In this document: one piece after another, positions 14,111-27,781 of the stretch
Numbering within the stretch: the first letter of the stretch is position 1
How the letters are laid out: each line of letters opens with the position of its first letter
NCBI RefSeq assembly: GCF_036588685.1
Contig: NC_086373.1
Span: 10,044,001-10,108,000, forward strand
DNA from: Mytilus trossulus
Taxonomy: Eukaryota
Length of the DNA stretch: 64,000 bases
Direction of reading: 5' to 3'
Notes under the pieces: model-generated
What the model was told of the DNA's origin: nothing
Databases searched by the model: none
The model's input: only the letters and a program-made list of their open reading frames with translations
Position numbers and translations under genes: made by a program

Positions 14111-14156
14111 GCACCAGATGCGCATTTCGAGAATCATTCAGTCTCTTCAGTGAAGC
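14111..14156 (-). ncRNA. Minimal type I hammerhead ribozyme (PLE/retrozyme-type)
   Basis: Minus strand gcttca-CTGAAGA-gac..ctc-GAAA-tgcgca-TC-tggtgc: intact core, palindromic stem III, one mismatch each in stems I and II. Confidence 0.7.
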
Positions 14157-15075
14157 CGGATGCCCAAATATCTGTATATCCTAAGCTAATTACAAAAAGA
14201 GCCAAATGGAATAGCCAAAGTAATAAAGGCTATTTTTGAACAAGGTCTATATATCTAAGATCATCTAAGAAAGAACTTTCTTTTTTAGAAAATGACGATA
14301 TGATCTTTGACATAACCTTGGATAATCGACTTGAATACCAAATGAGTTGGGAAATGTAATGGGTAATTTCCATTCATCGTTATTTTCTGCTGTATGATGT
14401 ATGCAATGAAATGTTATCTGGGTTTTGTCTATAGTACTGGACAGGATAAAGCTTAACTCATTCTAAGTATGTCTTTAGTTGAAACAAAGATAAATTCTAC
14501 ACAACTTTTTGAAAAGAAGTGCTTTAACAAAAACTATTAGGATAAAATCCATGGTGGTATTACACATAAAGGCCTAATCAACTTGAAACGAATCGCGGAT
14601 CCAGTATTAGAAAATCCATTGCATTACACAAATATAAGGTGTGATCGGGTTTTTTTATTATTATAAATCCATATGTAAATCCATTTATCCGGATTTAGAG
14701 TGATTTCTCGCAATTTGAACGCGCGTCTGGCGTTTTAAATTATAATCCTGGTACCTTTGATGATAACTATTTACACCACTGGGTCGATGCCACTGCTGGT
14801 GAACGTTTCGTCTAAACTACAAAACCAACTTATATGATTAGGGATTCATATCAATCTTTCAATTTTGAGATTTATACTAAATATACAGAACCTGACGAAA
14901 TGGTACTACACAGAAATGTAATATTTGCGATGGATAATTTGGAATCATCACCTTTAAAAATGTTTACAAAAACACTGAACTCCAATCTAAAGGGGGAATA
15001 GAGGGATATAGATTTTAATTGGACAAAAACTGTCCTGAAATCATTAGACGACTCATTTCAGCTCTTGCTCTTTAA

Positions 15076-18000
15076 TGCGGGGTTCACACATTGCCGATTA
15101 TTGCTCCCGTTTGAGATCGGACCGCGATACGACACGAAAAGTGAAAAAGTCGGATAAGTATCCTCAATTATCTGGACTGTCCTATTATTGTCTGGACGCA
15201 GTCGTTTTAGTTCGTAACAGATTCCTACTGGTCGGGAAGGGTCCGAATAGTTCGGCAAAGCACCCCGATAGTTAGGTGCGTCTCGTAACATTCGGGTAAA
15301 CTCAGCCGATTTTGTCTAGTCGGATTACAATCGTGTCTATGTCGTGACAGATTCTGCTGTATCGGATCGAATTCCTAACAAAGTTCTGTGTATTCGGGAT
15401 GGTGTCCTGTGTAACGGGTATGATCTGGAGAAATTTTTCATTGCTGTTTTTCTGCCGATTGAGTGCAGATTGCATCCAAGTCTTGTCGATTGCGAACCTT
15501 TTTTGCCGAAACCGTTCCGAAACAGTTTCGTTATTAATTCTAAATTCAACAATGATACCCACGTCAGAGTCCCGACAATTATACAGAATACAATACGACT
15601 GAGACCAGACAAAGCCGTTTGCAATACGATAAGATTTACCACTTCGTACCCAACATAGCTTAGATATTGATGAAATAACGGAGGATGAGATTAAGGACAT
15701 ACTCAAATCTTTGGAAATTGGTAAAGCATCCGGTGAAGATTGTATTAGTCATCAAATCCTGAGATATACTGCTAATAGTGTGTGTGTACCTTTATCATTT
15801 ATATTTAATTGTTCAATGAGAACTTCCAAATTTCCAAGTTGCTGGAAAGATGGTAATGTTTTAGCTTTTTTTTAAAAAGGGGATAAATCGATGGTTTCAA
15901 ACTATCGTCCTATTGCATTGTTACGTTGTGTGGGTAAAGTTTTTGAAAGAATAGTTTATAAACATATTTTTAATTTCATTTTTGAACTCAAGCTATTGTA
16001 TAAATTCCAGTCAGGTTTCGTTCCTGGTCATTCAACATTTCATCAAATGATTGAGATTTATCACAGAATTTGTTTAGCTATGGAAGATAAAGAAATTATG
16101 TGTATGATTTTTTGTGATATATCGAATGCTTTTGACCGACTTTGGCATAAAGGTCTATTAGAAAAAATCAAAACTTATGGCATAAAAGGCAACTTATTGG
16201 GTTGGATTGAAAATAATAGGAGACAGAAAGAACTTCTAAAAAATTCTGAATCTGCATTTGGAACATTAAAAGCAGGTGTGCCCCAAGGCTCAGTGCTTGG
16301 GCCTTTATTATTTCTGATGTTTATAAATGATATAGCAGATGAAATTCAATGTTTAGTTAAGACTTTTTGCCGATGATAGTTCACTCATGTATTCTTCGAA
16401 TAATGCTTTAGATATAGAAAGGAGATTAAATGAGGTTCTACAAACATTAAATGATTGGTCAAAACAATGGCTTGTAGATTTTAATCCTCAGAAAACAGAA
16501 TATATGGTTTTTACCGTAAGTATTCACAGCCTATTTATTTGAAATTTAATGGAGAATTGATTAAAAAGGTTGATGACCATAAACATTTGGTGTTACTGTT
16601 TCTAATAATTGCAAGTGGTCAGTACATACAGATAACACTTGCTGTAGTGCCACTAAACAAATTTTTGTTCTGAGAAAATTGAAATATATTCTCAACAGAA
16701 ACAATCTTAATAAGATATATCTTGCATACATACTTCCACTTTTAAAATATGCATGCGAGCTATGGGATGGATGTTGTGTTGAGATTCTGAAAAAATTGAG
16801 CGCTTGCAGTTTGAGGCAGCCAGAATTATAACTGGGCTTCCGCAATTTGCAAGTATAGAATCCCTCCTTTTTGAAACTGGATGGGAAACTTTGAGTTCTA
16901 GAAGAAATAGACGCAAATTATGTTCATTTCATAAAATACACAGCAATAATGTTCCAGAATATCTTATGGATTGTATCTCGAATTATACAGATGATAATAA
17001 TTATAATACTAGAAACCGTTCTCACTATAGAGTACCGAGATGTAGATTGGACATATTTCCCTTCTTCAATTCGAGCATGAAATTTATTACCATTAGATAT
17101 AAGATCCATACAAATTATCATCTTCAAATTTCAAAAACACCATCCGGAGAAATGATATTTCATTTTTTGTACCTAAATATTATTTCATTGGAAACAGGAT
17201 GGAAAATATACTACATACAAAATTACGACACAGATGTAGTCCTTTAAAAGCTGATTTATACAGAGTTAATTTAGTAAATGACCCAAGTTGTGAATGTGGG
17301 TGTCCGTTATAAGATTCAATTCATTTTTTCTTAGAATGTCCACTCTACATAAACTTTAGAAATCAGCTCTTTAAAAGCATTCAACACTTAGCTGATATAT
17401 CCCTAGAACATATTTTATTTGGAACAGACGAAATAACTGTTGAACAAAACACAATCCTTTTCAGAAATGTACATAGTTATATACGCCATACAAAAAGATT
17501 CTTTGATTAATATTGCTGTATCTTAAAATGTACTCGTATCCAAATGTTATACTGTTTAAACATAATATAAAATTGTATATATTTTTCATATTGTACTGAA
17601 ATATATATAAATTGCTGCAATCTTGAAATTTTGTATATTGTACTTATATGGAGAGGATTATCTTAAGTTGTTATAACTTGTATCCAATCCTATTGTATAT
17701 TTAGACAATACAATATGTTTAAACTAATACGATAGAGCGGACCGTGATAGGATTACGTCCCGACAGTACCTGATCATCCCGAGTATGCCGACTGTTTTCG
17801 AACGGATAACTTCCGTCAGCGTCGGTTCACTGTCTTGTCACTATCTGATCTGATTACATTCGGTAGAATCGGGACGCAGTCGTGACAGACTCGGTCGAAT
17901 TTTACCTGGCGAAAGATACAATTCGGATTAGAAGCGGATTATCGGGATAAATTCGCTGAAAACGTTGAATATCGACGCTTCCTGAACAATATCTGATTGT

Positions 18001-18131
18001 TGTCGTGATTAAAGTTTGAATTTCCATCCACGATTCATAGCTAGGATCTTGATCAGACTTTTAATAAATTTTAATCGGGAATGGTCCTGTCAAGGACCGG
18101 CAGTACAAATCGTGAATGTTTGACCACAGCT
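15076..18131. mobile_element. Non-autonomous PIF/Harbinger-like element interrupted by a LINE
   Basis: Imperfect TIRs (tgcggggttcacacatt / rc agctgtggtcaaacatt) flanked by TAA at 15073-15075 and 18132-18134; GC-richer arms 15076-15631 and 17726-18131. Confidence 0.75.
15632..17725 (+). mobile_element. 5'-truncated CR1-type LINE (frameshifted RT)
   Basis: NYRPIALL, CDISNAFD, GVPQGSVLGPLLFLMFINDI, FADD, C-terminal CxC..H...C; 9-bp TSD AATACGATA at 15623-15631 and 17726-17734. Confidence 0.92.
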
Positions 18132-19284
18132 TAATGACGATTTTTATCAATTGCTAGTGTTTTTGATGAATACGTTCGTCGACTTGTTAATGGAGTACTC
18201 GCTATTAAGTGATGATTTTTACCAGTTTAAATGCATTTATTTGAGTATCTTCAAAACTACAATATATTGATACTTCCAATAAGAAATATGTTGATCAAGA
18301 CAAGATGTACAATTAAGTTAATTTTTGCGGAAATATAAAGAGTGATTTCCCTTAAATGAATATATTGTTACCCTGTTTTTGTGTTTTGGGCAATAACTAA
18401 ATAAAATGGAGAAGATATGCGAATAGAAAAAAAATTGCATCTATGCAAGATCAACAAAAACAACGACTCGTGATGAAGTCTAATCTAGTCTGCAATGGTG
18501 GAGAATGTCCATGGCTAAAGAGGTAAGTGACACATTATTTTCAGAGCCTCTAGTTAATATGGTACAAACTCATAACTTGATTTATAACTTGCCATGGTGT
18601 AAACTATTTAACAAATATCAAATAACTATCTTCAAGCATGACAAAAAAAGTGTGGAAAAAACTATTTAAGTGAAAGTCCAATGGCCATTACTCAAAAGAG
18701 TACAAAATCAAAAGACCGAAGTAAAATTCTAACTCAATCTGTAATTCTTCATGATAAAATATATACCAATTATAAAATCGGTATCTTCAAACATGACGCA
18801 AAAAAAGACTATAAAACACATTATTTAAGTAAATTATTTTGTGTCTATAACTCTGCACAAAATCTTCAGACTGTAACAAATTATTAAATAATTATATTCA
18901 AGCATGAAGTAAAAAGGGTGGACAACTGATATGCCGGACTATAGAATGGACAAGGACAGACAGAGTGCAAATCTATAGTCCCCTTCAACTTCATAGGTAG
19001 AGGACTAAATATATGTTCTTAAAACAAGACCTAACCTACTACAATTACTGGTACAGATATCAAATCAATGACCTAACTCATTTAGATATCTGATGTGTAC
19101 ATTATCAGATGACCTTGCACATAGAAATATCCGCTGCATAAATCATCAGATTTAGTTTTGAAATAGCTGGAATGTTTCCTTTTCTGGATGTATACATATT
19201 TTATTGTGTTTGTCCTGATTTTATGTTCCCACCTCTTTTCTTTTCTATCAGTGCTGACCCAAAAAAAATATGCATAAACATACA

Positions 19285-19677
19285 TATTCTGACATCAGAC
19301 TTCTCTTGAATTGAATTTTAAATGTGCATATTGTTATGCATTTACTTTTCTACATTGGCTAGAGGTAAAGGGGGAGGGTTGAGATATCATAAACATGTTT
19401 AACCCGCTGCATTGTTGTGCCTGTCCAAAGTCAAGAGCCTTTGGCCTTTTTTAGTCTTGTATTATTTTAATTTCAGTTTCTGTGTACAATTTTGAAATTA
19501 GTATGACGTTCATTATCACTGAACTAGTATATATTTGTTTAGGGGCCAGCTGAAGGACGTCTCTGTGTGCAGGAATTTCTTGCTAAATTGAAGACCTGTT
19601 GGTGACCTTCTGCTGTTGTTTTTTCTATGGTCGGGTTGTTGTCTCTTTGACATATTCCCCATTTCCATTCTCAATTA
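19285..19677. repeat. Interspersed repeat, unclassified
   Basis: Colinear with 2065-2115 and 2335-2630 (ttctgacatc...ctatggtcgggttgttgtctc). Confidence 0.7.
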
Positions 19678-21270
19678 TATATATATGTAAAACAATTACT
19701 CAATACAAGAATTTACTCCAGTTTTTTATTTTATTTTCAAGCATGACTAAAGATGATCACATCTAACAAGATAAGATGAATAATGTCTTTAAAAGTCTTA
19801 ATTATCAAATTTTATACATAATTTAAAGCTGTAATTTCACAATAAAATCTGATATTCACATTTAGCACATTCTAATAATATGTAACTTTAAATGCAAACA
19901 CAATATTGTCTACATTATCTACATTTGTACACGGTAACAATTTCATCCAATCATTATAAGTATAGGAGTCAAAAGAAAACAGTTTTTATTTATACAGACT
20001 ACCAGGTTATCAATAACAAACATTTCAAACAAAAAACAACCTATATAAAATTGACATATCCTATGCTTTATTTATTATGTCTTATCAATCATATATTGCC
20101 CTTACATTTCATTTTTAATACAGCACTTCTTAAGGAATCATTTTCTAACAACTGACTGAAGAAATTGAAAAAATAAATTATCATATTAATTCGATATAAA
20201 AAGATGTGACCCATTTAAAACCCTTTGTAAAAGGATGAGGATGTAAATGTTGCCTATAACAATGTTTGAATGAGAGATGTATTAAAGCACCTATGCCCCA
20301 TGTATATATCATACAAAGCAGCCATGTATAACCATCACCAGACAAAAATATTTACCAAACTTTCAATCCTTTTCATGATGTGACGAGAAGTACATTTAAA
20401 CTATTATGGCCATGATGGCAAATATACAAAAAATCTAGTCGCAAGATTTACCTAAATAGAAATTGAGGAATATGCTAAATCATCATTTTATGTTCAAGAG
20501 CTATATAAATGTAAATGGTAAAATATGTCAGTTGAATATAAATGAATAAACTTTTAGAAAAAAAATTCAGATAAACTGTCCCCTTTTCAAAGTCACATTT
20601 TTTCATCAAATCATCAAAACAGCATTTGAAATGAATCAGAACTGCCATTCTAAATAAATGGTGTTCCATAAACTCAGAAATGAATTAGAGTCTGGATAAA
20701 TGCAAATACGAAATCAAGTAAAAATATATTTTATTTATAAATTTCTATTCTTATAGAAAGGAGACCTGATTTAAATGTAATGAGATAGCAATCCAGAAAC
20801 AAAAATAGCAAAAATATTTAGAGGAAAACATGTAGTCTCTTACAATAGTGTCTATAGATACATGTACAACATGTTAACCTTTAGTCCAAACTAAAAATCA
20901 TATCTCAATAGTGCTTTCTTTTCAAATTTGACTTTTCTTCATTTTGTAAATTACAAAAAAAATGTATGCAAGAATAAGTTTAATTAACTAATGTTGACAA
21001 ATATATAGCAAATTTACAGATCTAACATTGTTGGGGTGACGTTTAGACGAGTTATATATATATATATATATATATATATAGGTCTCACTTTTGTTTAGTT
21101 TTGATAGCATGAAAATGTTGAAATTAATTTGCAATACTAAATGTAAACAATACAAAACATCAAAGTCAATGAAGTGTGACTGAACATGCTGAAGGTTCAA
21201 GGTAGTATCTTCTCAATGGAAATAAAATGAGACAATGCAGCTGCATTCCAACCAATTATCATTGACGTAC

Positions 21271-21425
21271 CAGAGGTGGATTTAGAAGGTTTTTCAAGGG
21301 CCCAGGCCCCTCTTTTGAAGAAAAATGTTTGATTATATAGGGAATCACTGAACCATAATTGGAGCAGGCCCCAGCTTAAGCTGTCAGTGGGCCCCTACTT
21401 ATGAAAGTTTCTGGATCCGCCACTG
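21271..21425. mobile_element. hAT-type MITE (CAG..GGAT TIRs)
   Basis: Same family as 44713-44861; TSD not recognisable here. Confidence 0.7.
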
Positions 21426-22059
21426 CTTATCATAAGTGTTTCCTCTTTTAAACTGATCACAATCTATTACATTGATAACAACACATAACCAGATTAAATA
21501 ATTGAAATTTTCCGACCAAAAAAAAATCAACAAAATTCAGCAGTAGTAAGTTGACAATTTTCTCGATTCAAAAAGATAATTAGCTATGTTTTTTCATTGA
21601 TTCATTACAAAATAAATAGATAAATGAAAAATTGCAATTTGTACATAGCCTTGATGAATATACTATTTGACACAAGTGGATAAAAAAAAAGGGATAGTAG
21701 TCTAAGTTAAAGGACTGATTTTAAATGAATATAAATGATGAATGATCACCCCTTTATGGCACAAATATTTAAATGTTAATATATGATCACTGTACATTAC
21801 ATTGTGATGTAGTATTAAACAATGGTCTGGTATTTTGTTAAGATTAAAAAATCCAACCATCTAATCAAGCTAACTTATACCATCTTGAAAATCTATCAAG
21901 TCTAGACAATAAATAATTTGATTTGAATGTAGACTTTAATGTGTACAATTCAAATGACGATTTGTTTTAAAAAACCTTTGAACAAGCAGTCATATACCAA
22001 CCACAACCTTGCAGCTGATAAAGTCCAATATCGGTAATTCATATATTTTCCCTTTGATC

Positions 22060-22294
22060 TTGCCTAATATTTTCGAGTATCAACGTACTGGCTGTATAAC
22101 TGAAAATATTAGGCAATACATTGTGTGACGTCATAACATTGATTGACGTCATAATTACCGATAAACAGAATAATAGGTAGTTGAGTTTATGACACTGACT
22201 ATATCATGTGGAATATCTTAACTTGCCCTAACGGGCTCGTCTAGATATTCCACATGATATAGTCAGTATCAAAAACTCAACTACCTATCATTCT
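22060..22294. repeat. Double-hairpin palindromic element
   Basis: 15-bp inverted repeat 22060-22116 and a near-perfect 128-bp palindrome 22167-22294. Confidence 0.85.
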
Positions 22295-22621
22295 ATATAT
22301 ATCAACTACAGCCATGCATCTAAATGAGCTGACTGCAGGGATAAATTGTTATTAGAGTTACTTATACATGGAAAATATAATAATCTCACACCAAATATCA
22401 TACATGTGTTTACTTATTTGGTTTAATACAATAGAGTTTAATTTGATTTTTTACCTTAGCTTCAAAACACTGTATTATATTGATATTTCTCAAGTTATGT
22501 TGCTTGTTTAGGAAATATCAGAAGTCTTAGCCTTCACAACTAGATTGACCAAAATTTCCACTTAAGAAAATTTGTTTTCATAATGTAATACATTTTAAAA
22601 CAGCTTCTGATAAAATTAAAA

Positions 22622-22868
22622 TACTGTAAATTTAGAAATTATTGCGAGGTTTTTATTATTGCAAAAAAATTGACAGGGTTATAATCACACTAATTTAAAC
22701 TTGTAGTTAGAAATTCTTTAAATGAATTAAACAAGATTTTTCTTAATATCTCAAAAGTTAAAATCATTTTAACTTTTGAGATATTTAGAAAAATTTAAAT
22801 CGCAGTTTAGTCTAAAATGACAAAATCACAATAATAAGTGTACCCAATAATTTCTGAATTTGCAGTAC
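22622..22868. mobile_element. MITE with TA-flanked CTGTAAATT.AGAAATTATTG TIRs (Tc1/mariner-like)
   Basis: tactgtaaatttagaaattattg ... caataatttctgaatttgcagta. Confidence 0.7.
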
Positions 22869-23497
22869 TTGCAAGACAGTTGCATGTATGATTTGAGTTA
22901 AAATATCAAAAAAACAATTAAATGAATAAACAATAATAATTGAACAGTAATATTCCATGAACTGTGGAAATATACATGTGTATTTATATTCAACTTTGAC
23001 AATGTTGTGACGTTTGCATGTAAAAAAATTAAGGATTTTTCAAGTATATAAAGTGAAAACCAATATAAAAAACATTTTCCAACAAAACATGTGGTTTTAA
23101 GGCACTAACAATTTTAGAAACAAAAAGCTGACTAAAATCATTTAAAATATTATAAAATGGGAACTGTTGACCTCATGAGGAATTTATCTATTAAAACATC
23201 TGATTACAAGTAGAACTTCTGTATAAAAAGCTATATTTCATTTACTGACAGTTTCAGAGAAAAAAGAAATTTTGAGTAAAATGATCATGATAATCATATA
23301 TATAAAGTGAAACTGCAAAAGTTAAACGATTCTCTCTCTGATATCTTAAAATAGGCAAACAAAACAAAAATACTAAAATTCTCCAACATCATGGAAAATC
23401 ATAACCTTTAAATCGAGACATTTGATTCTATTAAACATGTTAAATAGTGACATATGAATCATAACCATAATTTGATGTTACGATACTGATAATTATT

Positions 23498-25530
23498 TTA
23501 TGTCTGTGGTTGATAAGTATGTTGCTGTTGCTGTTGTTGCTGTTGTTGAATAATTTGTTGTGACACAGGTATCTGTATACGTTTCTGCATTTCATTTTGA
23601 TGGCTCATATTAAGTGGAGCATTACCTGCATATGCTGATGACTGAATAGGAACCATAGTAGGGGGTCCCCCTTCTATCTGAGCTATAACACCACCTTGGG
23701 CAGTGGTCGGTAGATTCTCTAAAAATCTTAAAGTCTCCATGTATCCTAATAGTGTGGAAAATGTCTGAGATTGTTGTCTATTATCATTTGTCTGCACAAC
23801 GGTTGGTCGATTGGTCTGGTCACGGTTCACTTGGTATTCAGCCGGTATGACACCATTTGTTCTAATCATATCTAAATTAACATCTTTGTTTATAATTTGT
23901 TGTTGTGCCGGTTGCTGTTGGTTTGTTAGGTACATTGTGCCATGTGTTTGCACCTGATGTTGTCGGTACTCGTTAGTTTGGGCGTTTGGATCCATAGCTT
24001 GCTGTTGGTGACGTATGGCACCCCCACTGACATCTATGTATCTCTGATCTGTTAACTGCATCTGTGATCCAATAGAAGTTACCTGCATACTTTGCATTTG
24101 AGCAGGTATGTGTTGCTGTTGATGTATGTTCTGCATGTTTGACATATTAATCACTGACTGAGCATTATTTTCATACAATTGAATAGGAACAGCTAATTCA
24201 CGTCCATCAGCTGTTTGCATGGTATGATAAATGCTATTAATGTTTGGTTGTGATGTGACCAGCACTGTTGGGTCTTCCCTGGGAATATTAAGAGCTTGAA
24301 ACACTGCAGCACTAACTTTTTCATACTCCTTCAGTTTTTCCTTCCTCTCCCCTCTAGGTGCTCTAGGAGGTTTATTAGCATTGTCTCCACTATGAGATGA
24401 TCTCAAATGACGAGTCAGGTGATCCTTACGTCCAAATCTCTGTGGACAGTATTGACATAGAAAGTCTTTTTTCTTTGTATGTGTAATCATGTGTCTTCTC
24501 ACATCTTTCCTTGTATAAAACTTCTTTCCACATTCAGGGCAAGCATGTATTTTTTCTGTACAATTTTTCACTGACCGGGCACCACTATGTACTTTCAAAT
24601 GATACAATAGTTCTTCCCTTGTCTCATGCTGCTTGTGACAGATTCCACACTCTGTAGACCTTCCTGCATCAGCATCGTGAAATGCCTTGTGAGTTCTGTA
24701 GGAAAAGTTGTAAGAATACTCCTTGCCACACTCTTCACACACCCATCTTTTCTTATTTGGGTCGTGAGTAATCATGTGATTTTTCAGGTGATCTTTACGA
24801 TTGAATGACTTGTCACAATAAGGACACTTGTGATGACGGGGACATGTATGAATCAAGCGATGTCTTTCTAATTTAAATTTGGACATAAATCCTTTAGAAC
24901 ATTCAGCTACTTCGCAAATAAATGGTTTGACTCCAGTATGGTCAGACACATGTATTACAAACAATGCTTCTTTTGTAAATGTTTCTGTGCAATGGGGACA
25001 TTGCATTGGTTCCCGTCTAGATGCCCTTGGTCCACGGGGAATCCTTCCTTTTTTACGACCACGTCTTCGTGGCATAGGTTCAGGATAATCTTCATCTGCT
25101 CCCAATATTTCATCTAACATTTCTGTAGTTGTCTTTTCCTCGTCTTCATCATCGTCCATGACTTGTTCCATGTATGCTTTATCTTCTGGTTCCCCATCTA
25201 GAGCCTGATCATCAGGCGTCTCCTCCACTTGTAGGGGTGGAGGAATGTCTAAGGCTGGTCGTTTATTCTTGGGTGGTCTCCCTCTCCGTCTTGGTGGAAG
25301 AGGCTGAGACTGTGAAGGGTCTACAACCTTAGCTTTTAACATTCTTGACTTCTCCAGTCTAGCTCTCCATGTTTTTGATGGTTTGATGTACTTTCTTGGC
25401 CTTCCTTTCCTGGGTCTACCTCTCAATCTACGACTGTCGGGTGGTAGTCCTGGACACAAGTGGGCTTCTAGATCAGCAAAAGCACTGAAGCCATCATAGC
25501 ACACTGAACACACCCACTTGGCAGCCACAC
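23498..25530 (-). CDS. PLAG1-like: PR-PLAG exon 6: C2HC finger, AT-hooks, 7 PLAG-type C2H2 fingers, Q-rich tail
   Basis: SKFKLERH, RKDHLKNHMITHDPNK, FYTRKDVRRHM, KDFLCQYCPQRFGRKDHLTRH are near-identical to vertebrate PLAG1/PLAGL2 fingers as recalled; RGRP motifs; ttacag| acceptor phase 1. Confidence 0.95.
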
Positions 25531-26147
25531 CTGTAATGAAAAATATTATTCCCTTAATAAAGACAACAAATTTTATAACAGTATTTGAATCTTATACATT
25601 TTAAAGAATGGTAGTTCACTTTTGCCTAACTTAACAACTGTGGTCTATTTCTAAAATGTAAGTTTAATAAGCCTTCCATAAGCAGCAAGTGGAGTTGATC
25701 TATTTTTAAGAATGTCTCTCAAGGTTCTTCATTTTAACTTTTATGCATATATATGGTAAATTTTGATAAACCTGACTTAGCACATGCAATTCTTAGTTGC
25801 TTTTTGAAAGTGACTTTTGATGCCATGACCTCAGAATCAATAGAAAGTTTCATCATTATATGTGACCACACGTTCAAGTAAACTTAAACTGTTAAAATTC
25901 CATCGTAGTATTAGATTTTGCACCTAGAAACAAATTGTCATTTCAGTCTGTTTAAATTACTAAGACCTTGACATTGAAAAAGTGACCTCAAAATCTTTCA
26001 GTGATTCTGCTGGCACTGGTCATTTACAAAAGGTTTCTAAAATGACGAAACTATTTCAAATCAATTTTGTCACTTAAATATGGAAAGACTTTCCCTTGAA
26101 AATACTATTATTTAGAGATTAATATTAAGCCACTATACCATGTTTAC

Positions 26148-26271
26148 CTGTAGCTTCCTGATCAGGTGTCTCTGTGATGATAGGTTCTGGATCAGACAGA
26201 AGTGGTTTGTCCATCGTCTCGGCATACTCAGCAGAATACCAAACTTTTATCTCAGTGTTAGAAGGAATTGG
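26148..26271 (-). CDS. PLAG1-like: PR-PLAG exon 5: PR/SET C-terminal motif
   Basis: PIPSNTEIKVWYSAEYAETMDK (ELxVWY motif); catag| and |gtaaac; 124 nt, phase 0-1. Confidence 0.92.
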
Positions 26272-26983
26272 CTATGTCAAAGAAAAAATAAATATGTATT
26301 ACTTAAAATACTGAAATTTTATTTTACCTACCACTTTTTTGTATCAAAGAGAAGTTCCAAAAGTTCCAATATAAATCATACTACCTGTGTCCTGGAACAT
26401 CATGACATGTTGCTTTTTTCAAAATTTTAATTTGTTTTACACCTGTGTATTGAAAAGATACCAGTACGATATGAATGTTTGAGGTGAAATGCAACGACAC
26501 AAAATTAACTTACAATTAGGCACACTTATATATCAACTTCGTCAATAAATCAATCTTATATTAACTTTGTCACACTATAATTACACAAATTTAATGTAGT
26601 CACATTTTAACTACACCACAATTAAATTAAGTTATTAAGTTACTTTATATATATATTGATTCCTGTATGTCAGACTAATAAAACAAATGGGTGATTTCCA
26701 TTAAAAGCTTTTCTACCAGTGCAATATATAACAACCCTCTGTTTCAGGATGCATGTAATCTTGATGTAATATCTGTGAATGGTGGCTGAAGTTTTGTTTT
26801 GTTTTACTTGATAAAGATTTTACCACTGCATCCAATAAAGAAGAGTTGCTGGAGTTTTTGGTGTGCACAGTACAGAATCAGAACTCTCAGAGTGTACTGT
26901 AAGCTCACATAGTCCTTCAGGGACACATGAACTAAAAAATATGTTAACATATGAATTCAGTAACAATTATTGCATGTACAAAC

Positions 26984-27136
26984 CTTTATAGATACAAAGA
27001 AAATATGCTCGTCTTGTTGATAAACAACAACATTTTGTTCAGCTGTATTTCTGGCAGGTCTAACAAACATCATCCAGTTACATTTATCTTCATCTGAGAT
27101 ATCAATATTATCAACATAGCCATCATCCTTAAATAT
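26984..27136 (-). CDS. PLAG1-like: PR-PLAG exon 4: PR/SET core
   Basis: IFKDDG...DISDEDKCNWMMFVRPARNTAEQNVVVYQQDEHIFFVSIK, the PRDM NWMxxV...EQN signature; 153 nt, phase 0-0. Confidence 0.95.
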
Positions 27137-27781
27137 CTGTAATTCAAAAGAGATATCAAATACACGTATTATCAACATAGCCATAATCCTTTAGGTGTAA
27201 TACCACCAAATCATGGTACATGTACGTCACATCAGTTGTATTTATGAAAATTGGTCGAAAAAAAATATTCCCTTGAATTTGACAGTTGTACATTGTAGGT
27301 AATTAATCCTACATTTTATTGCAGTAAAATATTTCTGTGTCATAAACATATGTCTTGGGTATTTCAAAGCACCATTAGTTTTTTATTTGGGGTTTCTATA
27401 GAAAAATTTGTAATCTCGAGTTACATGGTTCCTACTCTTGTACACAGGTCAAATAAGGGGGAGAAATTTGATTGGTTACCTTCCAGTGATGGTTATTTTC
27501 TTATATGCAATGAAATGTTATGTGAATTTTTTTCTATACAGTAGTCCTGGACAGGATAAAACTTTACTCATGCCAAGTATTTCTTTAATCATTTAATAAT
27601 TTGAAACAAAAATAAATTCTGCACACTTTTTTGAAAAGTGCAAAGTTAACAAAGACTAATATGGTGGTATTACAAAAAATGAACACTTTATAAAATATGT
27701 GCATCTGAAGCGGTTTTCATGCACACATTTTTAGTGTTAAATTCGTCAGGAAGGCTCAAACGTAAACATTTCAAAGCTTAA

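Noticed and set aside
15058-15706. Cluster of overlapping ORFs on both strands
   Set aside because: Lies in the GC-richer MITE arm; no recognisable protein motifs
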